Assembly: GCA_964016885.1 (NCBI GenBank)
Contig: OZ024756.1
Coordinates: 23,932,001-23,996,000 of the forward strand
DNA from: Eledone cirrhosa
Lineage: Eukaryota
Direction: 5' to 3'
Length of the DNA: 64,000 bases
Below are positions 61,804 through 64,000 of the stretch, in pieces. The notes below the pieces were generated by a model. The model worked only from the letters and a program-made list of their open reading frames with translations. It made no database searches and was not told where the DNA came from. The first letter of the stretch is position 1; each line of letters starts with the position of its first letter. The translations under genes and the position numbers were made by a program.

Positions 61804-62677
61804 GGAAATTAACTCGATGACAGGTGATTAATTTTCATATTTTCTTACAGAAAATACAGAAATTATACATTACATAATAAAATGATGGAATTTTTCTCAT
61901 GCCTTGTTAATTCCTGTATATGCCTTTTACTTCTTGGACAACCAACCATGTAATGCCTGATACCATTTATGGAACGCTACTATCTCAATATGGCGTACAC
62001 TCAGATTAATTATTTACTGTAGTGTAATTACCTCGTACACCACTAATTAATGATTCGATCGAAGAGAAAGTATATAATATAAAAAACAAAAAACGATGAA
62101 GTTTCGTTTATATCTATTGATGTTTTTATTGAGTATCGACCCGTTAAACACGTTTCGCTGATGATTGGCTCAAGGTCACTTATAGAAGTTATGGACCCGA
62201 CTGTAACACACACGCACACAGATACACACAGATACACATACATACATACATACATACATACATACATACATACATACATACATACGTATATATATATATA
62301 TATATTTAGGAAAATGTTCAAGACCCGACGGCAGAGCTCAAGCCGTTTCGACGGCTATTTCTGGACTCCACTACCCTAAGTATTGAGTACCCTGGTGCGT
62401 TATGGTCCACCTGGTTCCTTACCACACTCTCTTCGTTATATATATATTTATATATATGGCCTTTTGATTAATAAAAGGCCTCGGGCGCACCCGAACTACA
62501 CCGATGTCCTGTAATTCAGCGCCGAAACATCGGTTCGGGAAACATTTACAGCTGACGATGGAAACTCCTTTCTTCCTTTCTTCTCCTGTTCCGTCCTACC
62601 CACCATCCTAAACCTTGTTTTTAGTAACCACACAGCTCCTTTCGTTTCATAACTTTAAATCTCTCTCTCTCTCCCTC

Positions 62678-62737
<60 letters not shown>

Positions 62738-62772
62738 TCTCCCTCTCTCTCTCCCTCTCTCTCTCTCTCTCC

Positions 62773-62832
<60 letters not shown>

Positions 62833-63117
62833 CCCCCCCCCTCTCTCTCCCTCTCAGGCTATATGTCGTGATGAAAAGATTCAAGGAACGAAAGTGTGAA
62901 GGGATAGAATAATTGTCACACCTACCAACTCTTCCCCCCCCCCTTACCACCTAGCTAACCATCCACCCATCTAACCATCCACCCGTCTAACCATCTAACC
63001 ACCCACCCATCTAACCATCCACCCGTCAACCCATCTAACCATCAAGCCATCCACCCGTCTTCCTGGCAATAACCTTTCCATGTATATAGGAAGACAGACC
63101 TCAATATACATATATAC

Positions 63118-64000
63118 ATGGTGGTGGTGGTGGTGGAGTTGGTGGTGATGGTGGAGTTGGTGGTGATGGTGGAGTTGGTGGTGATGGTGGAGGTGGTGAT
63201 GGTGATGGTGGAGGTGGTGGTGGTGATGGTGGAGGTGGTGAAACGATGGCGATGGCGTTGGTGTTGATGAAGGTGTTTGTGTTAATGGTGGTGGTGGTGG
63301 TGGAGTTGGTGGTGATAGTGGAGGTGGTGAAACGATGACGATGGCGATGGTGTTGATGAAGGTGTTTGTGTTAATGGTGGTGGTGGTGGTGGTGCGGGTG
63401 GTGGTGGTGGTGGTGATGGTGGAGGTGGTGAAACGATGGCGATGGTGTTGATGAAGGTGTTTGTGTTAATGGTGGTGGTGGTGGTGGTGGTGGGTCTGCG
63501 GTGGTGGTGGTAGGTTAGCAGTGGCGGTGATGTTGACAGTATAGGTGTTGATGGTGCTAGTTGGTGGGGGGGGGGGTCATGAAGAGGGATGGTGGATGTG
63601 ATGACTTTGGTGGCGATGTCAAAGGTGGTGGTGGTGGTGGTAGTGGTGGTGGTGGGTCATGGTGACGTTGTTGGTCATGATGGTGTTGGTGGTGGTGATG
63701 GTGATGTTGGTGGTGGTGATAGAGATGGTGATGATGGCGGGCCATGGTGATGTTGGTGGTGGTGATGGTGATGATGGCGGCAAATAGTGGTGGTAGCGGT
63801 GATGGTGATGTCGGTGGTGATGATGGTGATGATGGCGGCAAATGGTGGTGTTGGTAATGATGATGTTGGTGGTGGTGATAGTGATGGTAATGATGGCGGT
63901 TCATGGTAATGTTGGTGGTGGTGATGGTGATGATGGCGGCAAATGGTGGTGTTGGTGGTGGTGGTGGTGATGTTGGTGATGGTGATAGTGATAGTGATGG
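63118..64000. repeat. (GGT/GAT)n trinucleotide low-complexity repeat
   Basis: Direct reading. Confidence 0.9.

Overview
Eukaryotic, very AT-rich, microsatellite-dominated DNA. The SINE repertoire and long (TA)n/(CA)n tracts suggest a coleoid cephalopod such as octopus (inference). There is a 200-nt N gap at 16254-16453. The only credible host gene is on the minus strand at the left end: two large, phase-compatible exons (5864-4412 and 1475-~746/718) encoding a His/Gln/Pro- then Ser/Thr/Asn-rich low-complexity protein. Nearly all other ORFs in the track are translations of simple repeats. The rest is intronic or intergenic: >20 copies of a tRNA-derived SINE, other SINE families, LINE remnants (R4/Dong-like RT, two L1/Tx1-like 3' ends), a MITE and minisatellites. 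Main discovery: many short (100-700 bp) non-coding elements from about ten unrelated families sit inside (TA)n tracts, are often long palindromes, and carry minimal type-I hammerhead ribozyme motifs (stem I-CUGANGA-stem II-GAAA-palindromic stem III-UH-stem I'). I read 10 motifs with intact cores, about 6 decayed ones and a family retaining only the 3' half. This looks like a microsatellite-targeted, ribozyme-bearing set of non-autonomous Penelope-like/retrozyme elements. All folds were paired by eye; none was computed or tested.
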